A DNA stretch of 64,000 nucleotides from Macrostomum lignano (GCA_002269645.1 NIVC01001462.1:186001-250000); one strand, 5' to 3'; shown: positions 1-12,019, counted from the first letter of the stretch. Notes: generated from the sequence alone by a model not told the origin. Translations and numbers: made by a program.

Positions 1-1733
1 CCGAATTTGAAGTTGCAATTGCTGAAACTACCACTCAGATGAATATGTAGCTCCGGTCGAACAGTATCGGCCGAAGATGCTTGAACGTCAACCTTGACAT
101 TTTGGACTGACGTCGTCATTCCAACACTTGCCACCCGCTTTGGGACCTCGGAGATAGACGTAGCATCCCCCGCCGAATCCATATCGCCAGAAGGTCCGAC
201 GATAGCCACAGACTTATCGTTGGTCGCAGAAGACGAACTGGCTCCATACAGCGATGCTGACAACACGTCGGACATCTTGCCCAGTTCACTCGCCTTGCGC
301 TTGCCATTTGTTAAGTAGCTAACGAAAGTGCGTACAAAAAATGTTTTTTTACTTTTAAGTACACAATGTACTACAAACAGGAGAATTTTATTGGCAGCCC
401 GATGCTGACACTTACCGCTGAACAGTCTTCACGTCTTTATGGCCAGTTATTTTGCAGATCTGCTCCAAACGAAACCCGGCTTCGTGCAACTCAGAAATGA
501 CGGTTGGACGAACGCTGTACCCAGTGTAGACTTTGGACAACTGTGCAGTCGCTGAAATCCGAGCCATCAGATTCTGAAGCGCATTCACGCCCATTGGCTT
601 TGTTGTGTACCAGTGAACAGCCTTTTTGCCGATGCTAGGCATAAGAAACAGAGGCATGTTACTCTCGGCAGTCCCAGCCGAAAGGCTAGCCTAACGCTTT
701 TCCAAGTACAACTTGATCGCAGCCACAGGGCAGTGCTCTCCGCCGGTCGACTTCACAATGGCTTCTCGATTGTCTTCCATTGCGCCCGGCGATATAGTCT
801 AGTGCCGACGGTTTTCTCGAGTCCTCCATTAAGTCGCACAGTCTCCACTCCACTCCGCAACTCAAACACCAGACTGTTAACATTGAGCGATCGGAGCCAT
901 TCACGACCTCGCTGACCGAAGTAATAGAGCAGAATGAAGTACACCTCGTGTAGAAGCTTCGTCCCATTTGAGCGGTCGAAGTACGTCCACAGTTTGTTCA
1001 GATCGTCCTTCTCCATCGCCTTGTAATGCCGAATGCGACCGCCATTTTTTAGGAACATTCGACAAACGGCCTGCAAGGCTAAATTCACAATATGAAACTT
1101 TTCACCTTCAACGATGTTAATGGCCCTGGTACGCCTGAAATACCGAAACAAGCCGGCTCGAAAGCAGATTAGACTAGACGGTGCGTAGAAGCTCCCATCC
1201 TGCTTTCTAAGAGTGGCATAGAAGAACTTCAGCTTTTCCGCAAGCTCGTCCTCAGTGCAGGATCCAGCTTCAAAGCTTTCGAATTTGTACTCTCGAAGAA
1301 ATACTTGGAAGCGGGCAATAGCCGATTCTTCTTGCTTTTCGGTAGAGATGACCTTGGTCTCCTCGTCCTGTCTGTCGACAATCGCTTGCAGTTCAGTTGT
1401 GGAACCTCCAACATCCGGAATTGATTCCGAGTCTTCACCATCCACCAAGGGAATCAGATTGAAAAGTTCTTCCAGAGTAGGTAGGAGCGGCTCATCATCG
1501 AACATCGTCCGCTCGATCAACGAATTTCTGTCCATGAGCTCTACATGCTTCTCGATTTCCGCCGTAGTCAAGCCGGTTATGCAATTGTCCGGGAATTGAG
1601 ACAGATGAATCATGTTTTCAAATGAACGCACACTGAGACGAACAAATATCGCGCTGTAGTGGAGAGAAAGATATTCCTTGCCTCCCTCAACCCTGTTCTT
1701 TGCAAATTGCCATAGACAAAAATGAATAGCCAC
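1..1733 (-). mobile_element. Crypton-type tyrosine recombinase (DUF3504-like) transposon gene, decayed, intron-containing, runs off window start
   Basis: ORF 753-1733 has FYATLRKQDGSFYAPSSL..RAGLFRY and YFGQRGRE. After a frameshift near 810 and two TAG stops the frame continues CPVAAIKLYLEKR, KPMGVNAL, TGYSVRPT (HxxR box, H to Y) and ITGHKD. A GT-AG intron at 415-319 restores R-Y (catalytic Tyr), and the frame ends in an FSNCNFKF tail. Confidence 0.85.
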
Positions 1734-1759
1734 TGTTGGCTAGTCTATATGATAATGTG

Positions 1760-1859
1760 ATAGAAGCACGGCTTGCGCGTGCAACAACGCCATAGACACT
1801 CGTGCGCTACGCGCACTTGTGGTCCTAGGCGTTGTTGCACTTGCAAGCCGTGCACTATC
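1760..1859. repeat. Nested imperfect hairpin just upstream of the Crypton ORF
   Basis: gatagaagcacggcttgcgcgtgcaacaacgcc (1760-1791) pairs with ggcgttgttgcacttgcaagccgtgcactatc (1828-1859). An inner stem cactcgtgcgc/gcgcacttgtg lies between them. Confidence 0.8.
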
Positions 1860-2079
1860 TTTCCATTATATTTATCTTGCCCCGGGTGATAAACGCGTTT
1901 ATTTCCCGCTCGCCGGGGAGGGGGGCAAATAAAACTTTATATTTAATCATTGACAAAATCGAAAATTACTGCAAATTAAACAGATTAAACAAGGAAAAGT
2001 AACAAAACAATTACGTGAATTTGTCAACAATAAGTTAATAATGATTTGAAGAATGATATTAAATGTTATTATAGGATAA

Positions 2080-2610
2080 TTACTCGAAACTAATGACTAC
2101 ACTGTTGGTCTCACCGTTGACATCATTCCGCATCTTCTTTCTAGTAGGAATATCCGCATCTCGCTGCACCCTAGTTTCAGCCACTGACTCCGTCGTGACC
2201 TTCTGCGAATTTCATTGCTGAGTCTAAAGCCTTCCTGCTTTCGGTGAACTCGACATCAGTCCATAAGCACCATTGTTGCCCGACCACGTTTCGCATGTGA
2301 TATTGGAGCATTGAAAAAAAGTCCTTTAATGTGCCGGCTGAATATCTTTCATTCCGTGTCGTTCTCACCTCTGGAATAAACATCTTCAACAAGTAGTTAA
2401 AATCGTTCTTCGTGAATTCCTCCATATCCTTTAATACCATTAAAGATGGTCCGCCTGATGTAGCCCACTGGTTCTTCTTGAACTGATGCCATTCACGAAA
2501 TGTAGCGATCATCCACTCACAGTTTCTTATTGTGTTTGGCGGAAGAGTACTTTGAATCAAGGCGTCTACTTCAACGTCCGTCAGGCTTTCAAACCGTTCG
2601 CTAGTCATGT
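2080..2610 (-). pseudogene. Internally deleted Crypton (N-terminal binding domain joined to C-terminal tail, catalytic domain missing)
   Basis: Reads MTSERFESLTDVEVDALIQSTLPPNTIRNCEWMIATFREW...FIPEVRTTRNERYSAGTL...FTESRKALDSAMK. A shifted frame then ends PTRKKMRNDVNGETNSVVISFE*. Confidence 0.75.
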
Positions 2611-4731
2611 GAAAATCTATGTTGCATATTTGATCTGCTGACAATAGTATCTTCTTTATATTCCCACTGGGAACGGTTATGTCGTTTACGACGTCGTTTC
2701 GACATTGCATGTCGCATCGAAGAGGTTCAAAAAAAAATTTTTTTCTTAAAATCACTATGCACTGAGCAGCAAAAAATAATATTTTTTGCATTGAAGGCAA
2801 ACGCAGACCCTAAAATAAAATTCTTTGCTACGTCGTATTTATGCTGCACTAAATACTTTCGTTGCGACCTGAGTGAAAATAATTTGAATGACAGGCTTTT
2901 GTAATATTAAATTTAGCTAGTAAATCATGTATCCTAACCACAAAAAATTATGAATGTCTTTTCACACTTCTTTTGCACAAATAGTAGCAGCTTGCTCTTA
3001 TATATTCGTTTCATTGTTATAATTGATAAAGTGCAAATTGGCCGTCCAAAAAATTTAATTTGTTCTCTCCCTGCTTTTTGTATTTGCATATACTGAAATT
3101 CTCACGTCGTCTGCTGCATATTTTGTACAGTGATGATTACTGATTAGAACGCTTGTTAGCTTTAGTAGCTCTGCCTGCTTGCTACCTAGCACATGTCATT
3201 GCCTTATTTGGTAATAGTATATTGTGTATACTGCATGAATCCCGTGTTCCAAGTTTTATTTTTTTCTGGCTTTGCTTGCATAATTAAAATAATTTGGCAA
3301 TGGGATTCATTAGGGTTACGAATATTATAAAAGTAGACTTTATAATTTGGATTGCATTGGGTATATGATATAATATCCACATTTCACATATATCTGTCTA
3401 CAAATTTGAATGTTAAAAAATGAAATTTAGCTAGGCCTAGGGGCCTACCTATAGGTTTTAATAATTAATAATTAAGTTTTAATAATTCTGTATTAATATA
3501 TTTTCTTTTTTATTTAAACAAGGAATAGAAAGTAGGAATGTTATATATTTCCATATGTAACATAATATATTTGTTGTCATATATGGTTAATAATTAAAAA
3601 AGATAGACAGGCCTAATGGATATTTATTATCAATAAATATTATAACTCCAAGCAATATTACTCATAATATTACTAAATATTACTCAATTATTTTTATTTT
3701 TAATCCTAATGGCTATGGAAATTTTTAGTGGGTAAATTTTTAAAGCTTTATTTGCCCAAAACTTGATTGCAAACTTGCAACCAGGCTTTAATTAAAATTG
3801 GTTTCAAAATCAAATGTTTAATTGCAAATTGTAAGTTGCAATTAATTGCAATGCAAATAATGTTAGATTTTATTTTTTAGCTAATTAAAAACTAAGATTA
3901 AAAATAGCCAATTGTTATTTGTATGGTTAACTAGCCAATTGGTCTAATGCAAATGGAAAAAAGTTTTTGGACAAAATGTTAGGGTTAGGATTAGGTTTGG
4001 GTTAGTATTTGTATTTTCTAAACCTGATAGCTTCTTTAGTTAGATTCTGTTTGATTTTACATATTGCAAAATAGTTCATTTAGGCCTTAGATAGTAGGAA
4101 TATAATTTGAATTTAACCATTAGAATAATAACTACCTTAAAAATAATAAAATTATCGGCAAAACTGGATATAAACATTAGAAGAAAAATAAAAAGACTCA
4201 AAAAGGGGACAAAAGATTTGAAAAGGTAAAGGGACCAAGAAAAGGATAAAGTATTTAGAAAATATTAAATTTATATTTATATTATAATTGATCTTAAGAA
4301 AAATAATAGTTGCAAATCTTGCAACTATTATCCAAATAAAAACCTATAGATACATTTAAGTATATATGAAAGTGTAGAGGTTAGGGTACTGAGGTGCTGA
4401 GGGCTAAGCCCATCTTTCTGGTTATATGAGACAAACAATGCTACATTTGATTTCCCTTCTATACCATTATAATATATAGTTATTTATTGTTTTAGTAACT
4501 TGGTTTCCACTTTTCAATTTCAATATTTAAATCCTGAATCCTGACATAATCACAACTTCCAACCCTAGGATCCCATAATCCAAATATATATTTATAGTAT
4601 TTCTTTTTGTTGGCAATTGTAGTTTGTAGCAAGTTTAAATGAGTTTATAGTTGCTTAAATAGTAAAATAAGACCTGGAACTCCATTTTGGAATGAATTAA
4701 CAATCATATTTCCCAATATTCTGATTTTCAG

Positions 4732-5260
4732 ATGGCTGACAGCCAGGCATTCCTACTTTTCTACCGTGCTGATGAGTGGTCATCATTCCCATTTGAGAAT
4801 TACAATTCAATTTTGAAGCGGCGCATTTGTTCCACGCGGAAAGTTTTCGAACATGCAGTCAATACAATGGGTCTTTTCATATTGCTTGCTCTGGTTCCAG
4901 AACCAGAACCAATTTGTGAAGTATAACTTTTTGTCTCCAGAACTAGAGGGAGATACGTGCTATAAAGTTTTTATTATTGAATGACAATCGCCAAGAAGAA
5001 AGTGAAAAATTGTGCTAAGTTAGGTTGTTAAGGCAGTCAAATATTAACAGAGTTTAATAGTTATACTGCTGTTTTTCTTGGAATTCCGAACCGATTCTGG
5101 TTCTGGAATTGGTAATATGAAAAGGCCCAATGTCAGTTATTCGGGATGTTTTTTTCCCGTGTTTCAGCTGAGCAACTATTTTTTTCCACTTCATCCCTGG
5201 ACAACTGTTGCATTCTGGGTGACGGCCAAATAATAAGAATTACGTATGTTTCATCTGCTT
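4732..5260 (+). pseudogene. EnSpm transposase C-terminal remnant, interrupted by a MITE
   Basis: DEWSSFPFENYNSILKRRI resembles the EnSpm SAFPFENY..LK motif. FSTSSLDNCCILGDGQIIRI resembles the EnSpm DNC.L.DG....I motif. Confidence 0.7.
4869..5128. mobile_element. MITE (PIF/Harbinger-like, 260 bp) nested in EnSpm
   Basis: TIR gggtcttttcatat / atatgaaaaggccc, inner ccagaaccagaa inverted repeats, and a 3-bp AAT duplication (4866-4868, 5129-5131). Confidence 0.75.
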
Positions 5261-7602
5261 ATGCGGTTTGCCATACATGCGCAACAGTCGGCCGAGTCGG
5301 CCGATCCGGCCAACCGATTTGGCGGCCAACCAAGGAAGTCGCAAAAATGCCAACCCGAAAAAACACCGAGTAGTAGTACTAAGTAGCTGACGAGGCATTT
5401 TGGGTTTATAAGACAGTTATAGTTACTCCTGCCGTTTACCCAAAGTTGCGTTAATTTTGCTTTTGGGTTTTTTACATGTAAGTCGCATTTTTGGCCATAA
5501 AGTACGTCGCATTTTTGTTAAAACTAAGTCGCACGGCCGACCGAAATTTGGAGGTTGCGCATGTATGCGGTTTGCGGTCAGGTTTTTCAGTTTTTCCAAG
5601 ATCTCTACATTTCTCCATACAGGTCACGTGAAATTCAAATCGGTATTTACAAACTTTCATCCCGGTATGTTCGGAATTTTCGGCCGAAGCGCAAGTGCAT
5701 TATCATACCGCGAGGTTGCAGTGAGTTTGTAATTATCCCGTTTTGCAACTAAATTTGCCTTTGTTCCACTACTGTTAATTCCTGACGTGTCTCTGTATTT
5801 ATGGCGGATTCATTTAGTTGCTGCTTGATTTGTTAATGGTATTGTTTAATGCTGCACCAATTTTGTTAGTTTAAGTGCTACACCAACTTTAATTTTTTTA
5901 ATGCTACACCAATTTTACTTGTTTAAATGCTACACCAGACTTGGCAGATTCTGTCATCAAAATGTGCAAGTGTCCAAGAGCTGTCGATTGACAGCACGTT
6001 TTTTGTGTACAAACTTTCTGTCTATTCCTTCCTAATTTCTCGTGACTTCTGCGTCTAAATGTTTTGTGTTTTGTAGTTTTGTGTCGTAAAATATGCTCTC
6101 GTTATCGCTCAGTGTATTTTTTGTTATTCCATTATGTGTGGCCAATGTTAATTTGACTTTTTCATGTTGCATTTTGACTTTTATGTTTGTGCAATTATAA
6201 GCAAATTAAATTAATCGAAGCAGTTCTCGTCTGGTTGGTTACACCCTGAAAACCTGTTTGTTACAAATGGTTGTTTTAATTAAATGGATCATAATAGTTG
6301 GTTTGTTGTTAACATTCAATTTAACATTATAGCGGATGATATCTACAGTATAAAAGACAGTAGTATACTACATGTAGTATGAAATATCATGCAAAACGAC
6401 GTCGATACGATCTGCTTACGACGTCGAATTCATACTGAAATCTTAGGTCGCAACGACGTCGTTGAACCGGAAACTCGGTAACCTTCGAAACGACGTAGAA
6501 AAACGACGTCGTTACGACGTGACATTTCCCAGTGGGTTTCTAACCTTATTAATTTCTTTGTCTATGGTTCCTAGTGACTCAATGCAACTGTATCTTTCTT
6601 TTGTGTTAAGATTCGATAGCTTCTTTTATTAAAAAAGGAATACAAGCGCTACGAGCCGCTGCAGAAAATAAAATACTACAATTCAAATCGGCCTAAGTCT
6701 TCATCTTCAAATTCTTCTACACACGTAACACTCTATATATTTATAATTATTCGCTTTTTTGCTTGCTCTTAATTATTTTATTTTCTTTGTTATTATGTGG
6801 TTTCAGCCTGTACCTTGTTTAAATGCTTAGCCATAGACTACAGCTTTGACTTGATTTAAGTTTAAAAATATTGACATTGAAAAAAATATATACCATTTAT
6901 ATATAGAATGCTAACGTAGCTTTAAAAAGTGAAGCCGATTTTCGCGTTCCGCCGGGAGTTTGGCTTTGGACCATAGACTAAAGTGTCTTGAGCTAAAAAT
7001 ACATTTGTGATAAATATACTCGCACAAGTGCCGCCTCGTTTAAATGGCCGACTTTACACCTTATCCAATGTATCTTATCCGATATACCAATTCTGGAATC
7101 CTAGAATTTATTATACCTTTTACAACTATTAGAAGGCCATATATTGGTCTCCAACAGGGGCAACTTAAACAGCAAAACGCTTGCACTCAATTTTCTCGGA
7201 AATGAACTGAAGGCCCGGAAAGGAATGTATGCTCTTTCAGTTTTTCTTTACCGAATTCGCCTATGACGAAACGCCATTTAATGCTATTGCGTTCTCTACG
7301 AGTGGAGCCACGCAGTGTTGGGCCCAATTCCGATACTCCGATGCTTACTTTAATACTACCGGCGATAGCTTTTGGGTATCCGACTTTTAATTATCGGCGT
7401 TACTTTTTTCAGAGAGGGTAAAGCACACTGAATGCACTAGCCTCAGGCCTCAGACTCATTTCTAGGAAAACCGAGTGTATAGTGTACTTTTACTTCAGTT
7501 GTCATTAGTCTCCAAATGTAAATTATTTATTGCCTTTGTTATCGTTATTAGACCTCTGAAGTTGATAATGCCATGGCTCATTTATTAGTTTCATTAGTCC
7601 AT

Positions 7603-8205
7603 AGTAGAAGGCATGAGGGGGCTTTTGGGACAAAATTTTTCACATCCTCCATAATCCCATTAAATCCATCCATATTATCCCTGACAGAATCAGAAAAAAA
7701 GGGGGGTCGCACTTGCTCACAAAACGTCCTCCATAATCTCATTAAATCCATCCATATTATCCCCGACAGAATCATGAAAAAGGGGAGGGGTCGCACTTGC
7801 TCTGAAAACTTCGAACATAATCGTATTAAATCCATCCATATTATCCCTGACAGAATCAGTGCATAACAGATGTCCACTAACACCTGTTATGTTCACTGAC
7901 ACTGACATCCACCCATAGCATCTTCGAAACAATCAGAAAAAAATCTGCATTCTTCTCCCCACATTCAATTCGCAACGCGAAGCGGCGAAACCAAATCCCA
8001 AAGACTTTAAATCATCAGCGCAGGGTCCTTACCCTTTGAAAAAAAATTAATTTCTCAATAAAAATGTTTCCAGTTGTCTCTCCAGGTTCCTATTATACTC
8101 AGCCTCATCCATTGTACAAATCCAAGTACCAATGCAAACTAGAATGCAGCGAATACATGAGAAAATATTGGCCCGACGTTGATATCAATGTCCCTAATAT
8201 TAATC
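7603..8205 (+). repeat. Left terminal repeat (603 bp) of the Polinton
   Basis: Appears identical by eye to 23385-23987. Begins AGTAG right after gtccat. Contains about 3 copies of a ~90-bp unit (attaaatccatccatattatccc.gacagaatca). Confidence 0.92.
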
Positions 8206-8303
8206 TAGCTCTCCAAAGACACTGGTTTCATAAGTATGGAGTAACCTACGTAAAAGATTACGACAGCTATTATAACTTTGCAGAAATCATTAGGCAATTG
8301 TAA
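8064..8303 (+). CDS. Small viral ORF (79 aa) straddling the TIR boundary
   Basis: ATG preceded by an A-tract. The paralog at 23846-24082 has a homologous but diverged C-terminus, which implies coding constraint. Confidence 0.65.
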   Translation: MFPVVSPGSYYTQPHPLYKSKYQCKLECSEYMRKYWPDVDINVPNINLALQRHWFHKYGVTYVKDYDSYYNFAEIIRQL

Positions 8304-8309
8304 TTTTTC

Positions 8310-8481
8310 TTACATTCTCTCAATGATCAACGTCAATACAAACTCTTCACCGTTGAAATCAACACCCACCCCATCTTCAGTCTCAAACTGTAGCACAATC
8401 TCGTGAATCTCCTTATTACTCAATACAACTCTTTTCACTGGATTTGGTTTCTCTACCAGCATCTGTCCTCCAGCTACAGAG
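8310..8481 (-). repeat. Inverted 172-bp copy of the minor-capsid gene 3' end
   Basis: Reverse complement matches 21791-21962 with about 4 mismatches. Confidence 0.92.
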
Positions 8482-8890
8482 GTTAGGGTGAGGAAAAAAT
8501 TACTTATAGTAAATGGTGAGTGTTTTATTGCGTCAAATATCTGTCAGCTGACGGAAATTTGCGGAAACGCGGCAAATTTCCGTCAGCTAGTCAGAATTCT
8601 GACAGAAAGGAATGCAATCCTTTGTGTGGCTGCCCTCACCCTTTGTACACCAAATTTCATTCCTCCGTACAATCTCTATTATTCTCAAAAGGGAACTTCC
8701 CTTCTACTCCCTTCCCTTTTCTTCCTTCTCTTTCTTCTCTCCCTTCCCTTCCTCCCTTCTCAACACTATAGGAACAAATTTCTCTTCCCTTCTCAAAAGG
8801 GGAAGCTATGTTTCTGCAGCCATATATATTGGGTAGATTTTTTAATCACTCAGCTTTCGCCGCGCTTCCTCACAAAAAATTCACTAGAAA

Positions 8891-9352
8891 ATGTCTGGCC
8901 TTGCCACAGTTAGAGCTAGGAGAGCTACGGCGCAGATGACGGCTGTGGTTTATAGAAATGTCTTAACAACCCTAAAGCCCGAAACTTTATTCAATCAAAT
9001 GGACGACCAAGTTCTCGTAGACGCTTCAGAAGAAGTGCTAAAGAAGACCGAAAGGTTTATCCAAAATTTAAGACGATTTAAACAACAACTAGCACGCCAA
9101 AGAAACTATGACGAGCAAGAAGCAGTCGCTCTGCAGACTCGCAACATCCGCAACATTGAGTTGCCACCACCACCGCCACCATACCAAGAAGCTCAAGCTC
9201 AAGCTCAAGCTCAACCTGAAGCTCAACCTGAAGCTCAAGCTCAAGCTCAACCTCAAGCTCAACCTGAAGCTCAAGCTCAACCTCAAGCTCAACCTGAAGC
9301 TCAAGCTCAACCTCAAGGCAACCAACGGTCGCGACTTCCCCGACGAATCTAA
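8891..9352 (+). CDS. Viral hypothetical protein, 153 aa, with PPPPP and QAQP repeats
   Basis: Clean ORF with an AAAATG start inside the element. No recognisable domain. Confidence 0.65.
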   Translation: MSGLATVRARRATAQMTAVVYRNVLTTLKPETLFNQMDDQVLVDASEEVLKKTERFIQNLRRFKQQLARQRNYDEQEAVALQTRNIRNIELPPPPPPYQEAQAQAQAQPEAQPEAQAQAQPQAQPEAQAQPQAQPEAQAQPQGNQRSRLPRRI

Positions 9353-9921
9353 AATAGCGCGCGACACAAAAAATCAATAAACTGACTTATTATTCTACTT
9401 GTGTGTTGTGTGTTTTCACACAAAAAATAAAAATACCATCTTTTTGAACACATGTTGACTCACTTGAGTCACTTTTACCATGTTTAGATTGAAAATATTT
9501 TTGTCGTCAATTTTTTTCATTATTGAAGCAGAATATAAAAAATATTATAGATATGAAGGAGAAGGAATTCTAGATTTTTTAACTTCTGCAGAAAATTTAG
9601 TTAAAGATAATCTACGAGCTCAAGCTGGTTCAGGTGTTGGATCAATTGCAACACTGTTAAAGGGTCAATAGATGCTGCAAAATCTGCAAACGGTGCAAAT
9701 GGTTGTTGTGAACCGCTATGTTTTAATAACTGTCGGAATTTTTTTTGCTCAACAGAAACTGTCGGAAAACTGCCTCAAATACAGACAAACTCAACCTGTC
9801 TGTATTTGACGATGTCTGCATTGACGATGAACGCAGATTTGGCGTGTGCAATGCAAATCCCCCTCCCGGTTCTCTCTTCTCCCAAACACCCACCCAGTCC
9901 AGCTGAATTTTCTTGCTTGAA

Positions 9922-10371
9922 TCATTCTGCTCTCTCAACCCCCAGCTCTTTCAGCAGTCTTCCTAATTTTTTACTTGGCGCGTGCAAGACAAAGCCCGCC
10001 CCCAAACAGCCACCGACCCCCAATCCCAACTTTGCCTTACTAAAAATAACAGCTTTAACTAGCTTCCGAGCGATCGATTCCTTCCACCCGCTTGAAGCCC
10101 CTATATTGTCTAGTCTCCTAAGCATTTCTTTGTCCCAGCGATTCTTCTCCTCAGGAAAATCTCTATATTTAACGTCGTGCCACATGCAGACAGAGTCTAG
10201 CTCGTTCACAGGCTCATGCCCAGGATTTGGATTATCGTTTGTATCTAACTGTATTTCAAGTGGATTCAAAGGCCCGCAATATTTATAGCCGGGAATGGTC
10301 CAGCCTTTGTTTGGATGAGGAAGCTTTTCTATCAGTCCATGTGAATCTAACTTACCACCAGAGCGTTGCAT
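9922..10371 (-). CDS. Parvovirus-type phospholipase A2 (PLA2X-like)
   Basis: PGYKYCGP Ca-loop and ELDSVCMWHDVKY catalytic HD..Y motif. Confidence 0.9.
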   Translation of the reverse strand: MQRSGGKLDSHGLIEKLPHPNKGWTIPGYKYCGPLNPLEIQLDTNDNPNPGHEPVNELDSVCMWHDVKYRDFPEEKNRWDKEMLRRLDNIGASSGWKESIARKLVKAVIFSKAKLGLGVGGCLGAGFVLHAPSKKLGRLLKELGVERAE

Positions 10372-10400
10372 TATTTTATTTTAAATTTTATTTTTAAAAA

Positions 10401-11415
10401 ATGACAGATCAGAAACTTAAAAAACTCTACTACAGCGACAAAGGATTCTTTGTAGGAAAAAATGCAGTCACCAAACTCACAGAACTAAGTAAGGAACCAA
10501 AAGCTAAAGTAGAAAAGTGGCTCTCTAAGCAAGCAGTCTACCAAGTCTATTACCCACCAGTAAAATTTGAAAGGCCCCATTTCAGTATTTATAAACCTAA
10601 TGAAGCGCACCAAGCAGATCTTTTGTTTCTCCCCAACGACTCAGGCTACAAGTATGCTCTTACAATTACAGACGTTGCCTCCAGATATAAGGAAGCGAGA
10701 CCGCTTAAGACGAAGAAGTCAGAAGCAGTTGCAGCCGCCCTCCAAGATATTTATAAAAACTCTCCGCTCACATACCCCCAAATCTTTATGACCGACCCGG
10801 GTAAAGAATTCTATGGGGCAGTCAAATCCCTTATGGAAAAGAAAAATACAGAGATTCGCTATGGCAGAACAAACTTGCACAGAGACCAAGCGTGCGTTGA
10901 GAGATTCAGTCTAACTCTAGCCAAGAGGCTATTCACTAAGCAGACAGCGCAAGAACTCAAACTGAGTGCGGGGCAGTACTTTACCAAGTGGACAGACCGC
11001 CTCCCCACTGTTATAGAGCAACTGAACAATGAAGTCACACGCATGACTGGATTGAAACCATCCCATGCAATTAAACAAGACACTGTCGAACTTAAGGCAT
11101 CTCATAAAACAGACAACACACAACACAAAACACACCTCGAACTACCCTAAGCTTCCAGGAGTTGAATCACCATACATACTGACAAACTCTGAGTTTCCAC
11201 GCTTTTTATATCTACCTGGAGAGCTAGAGAAGGACACTAAAAGAAGAGCTACAGATCCATACTTCAGCCTTGATGTACATAAAATAGACAGACATTTTAC
11301 CTCCGACTCCGGTGACTATTACTTTTTATCTCAGGCCTTTAACCCTAAATCCCCCACGCGGTCATTCACTAGAGCTGAACTCCTAGTGATACCAGCGGAC
11401 ACAGAAATTAATTAA
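10401..11415 (+). pseudogene. Retroviral-like (rve) integrase, split by a frameshift near 11100-11150
   Basis: DDE motifs QADLL, MTDPGKEF and CVERF. The C-terminal part (LYLPGELE..KRRATDPYFS..SFTRAELL) is in another frame. Confidence 0.88.
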
Positions 11416-11431
11416 AATATTAAAATAAAAA

Positions 11432-11896
11432 ATGACAAAGATTGAAACCAGAACGATCAATAAACTCAATAAAATCATTGAATCAAATAAACCAGGTCTT
11501 ATATCAATTAAAGGTGTCAAAGTAAAAATCGATCCTACGCAGCAAATACTTCAGTGTAATGAGCAAAGACACAGCATCACAGATGAAAAGTCAGGAGGAA
11601 TCCTACCATTAGCAGCTCTTATTCCAATCATTGCAGGCGCTGTAAGTGCCGCAGGTGGTGTAGCTGGAGGTGTAGCAACTGCTGTTAAAGCTGGGAATGA
11701 AAGAGCCCACCAGCTAGAATTGCAAAAGATTGCAAGAGATAAAGGTATAACAATTAAGGCAGGAGAGGGCTGCCCGGATTTTGATGATCGTGATGATTGT
11801 GATGATTGTGAGCATGAAAATTCTGTAAGCAAGTCTGACATTGTCAAAGCTATCATGACACTGCACAATGCTGGGTTTACAATAATGCGGATGTGA
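11432..11896 (+). CDS. Adenovirus pX/mu-like core or membrane-lytic precursor
   Basis: SGG-ILPLAALIPIIAGAVSAAGG resembles the adenovirus pX tail GG-ILPLLIPLIAAAIGAVPG that follows a protease site. Confidence 0.6.
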   Translation: MTKIETRTINKLNKIIESNKPGLISIKGVKVKIDPTQQILQCNEQRHSITDEKSGGILPLAALIPIIAGAVSAAGGVAGGVATAVKAGNERAHQLELQKIARDKGITIKAGEGCPDFDDRDDCDDCEHENSVSKSDIVKAIMTLHNAGFTIMRM

Positions 11897-12019
11897 TGAG
11901 GTTTAAAACCTTACTTTATCCAGCTTCATAAACCTAGCGCTACTTATAGGATGTAGAAACAGTTCAACTTTTCTATCAGGGTGGTCACCCTCAAAAATTT
12001 TTTTCTTTTAGAGAAAAAA

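Larger units (their letters stand above)
2663..6536 (+). mobile_element. Non-autonomous CMC/EnSpm DNA transposon (3.87 kb)
   Basis: TIRs CCCACTGGGAA...(2663) and ...TTCCCAGTGGG (6536), 2-bp TT target duplication, subterminal acgacgtcgt repeats at both ends, and internal transposase remnants. Confidence 0.85.

Noticed and set aside
690-810. In-frame TAG codons at Gln-like positions suggesting stop-codon reassignment
   Set aside because: They occur only in decayed elements that also have frameshifts. Intact genes show no internal TAG, so ordinary C-to-T decay suffices.
7573-7932. ORFs in the terminal repeat (also 23285-23714)
   Set aside because: They arise from internal ~90-bp tandem units, are open in several frames, and extend into unrelated flanks.
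9480-9720. Short ORF with GEGILDFL, a possible core-protein gene
   Set aside because: Appears frameshifted and too short to assign, so it is only mentioned as a motif.
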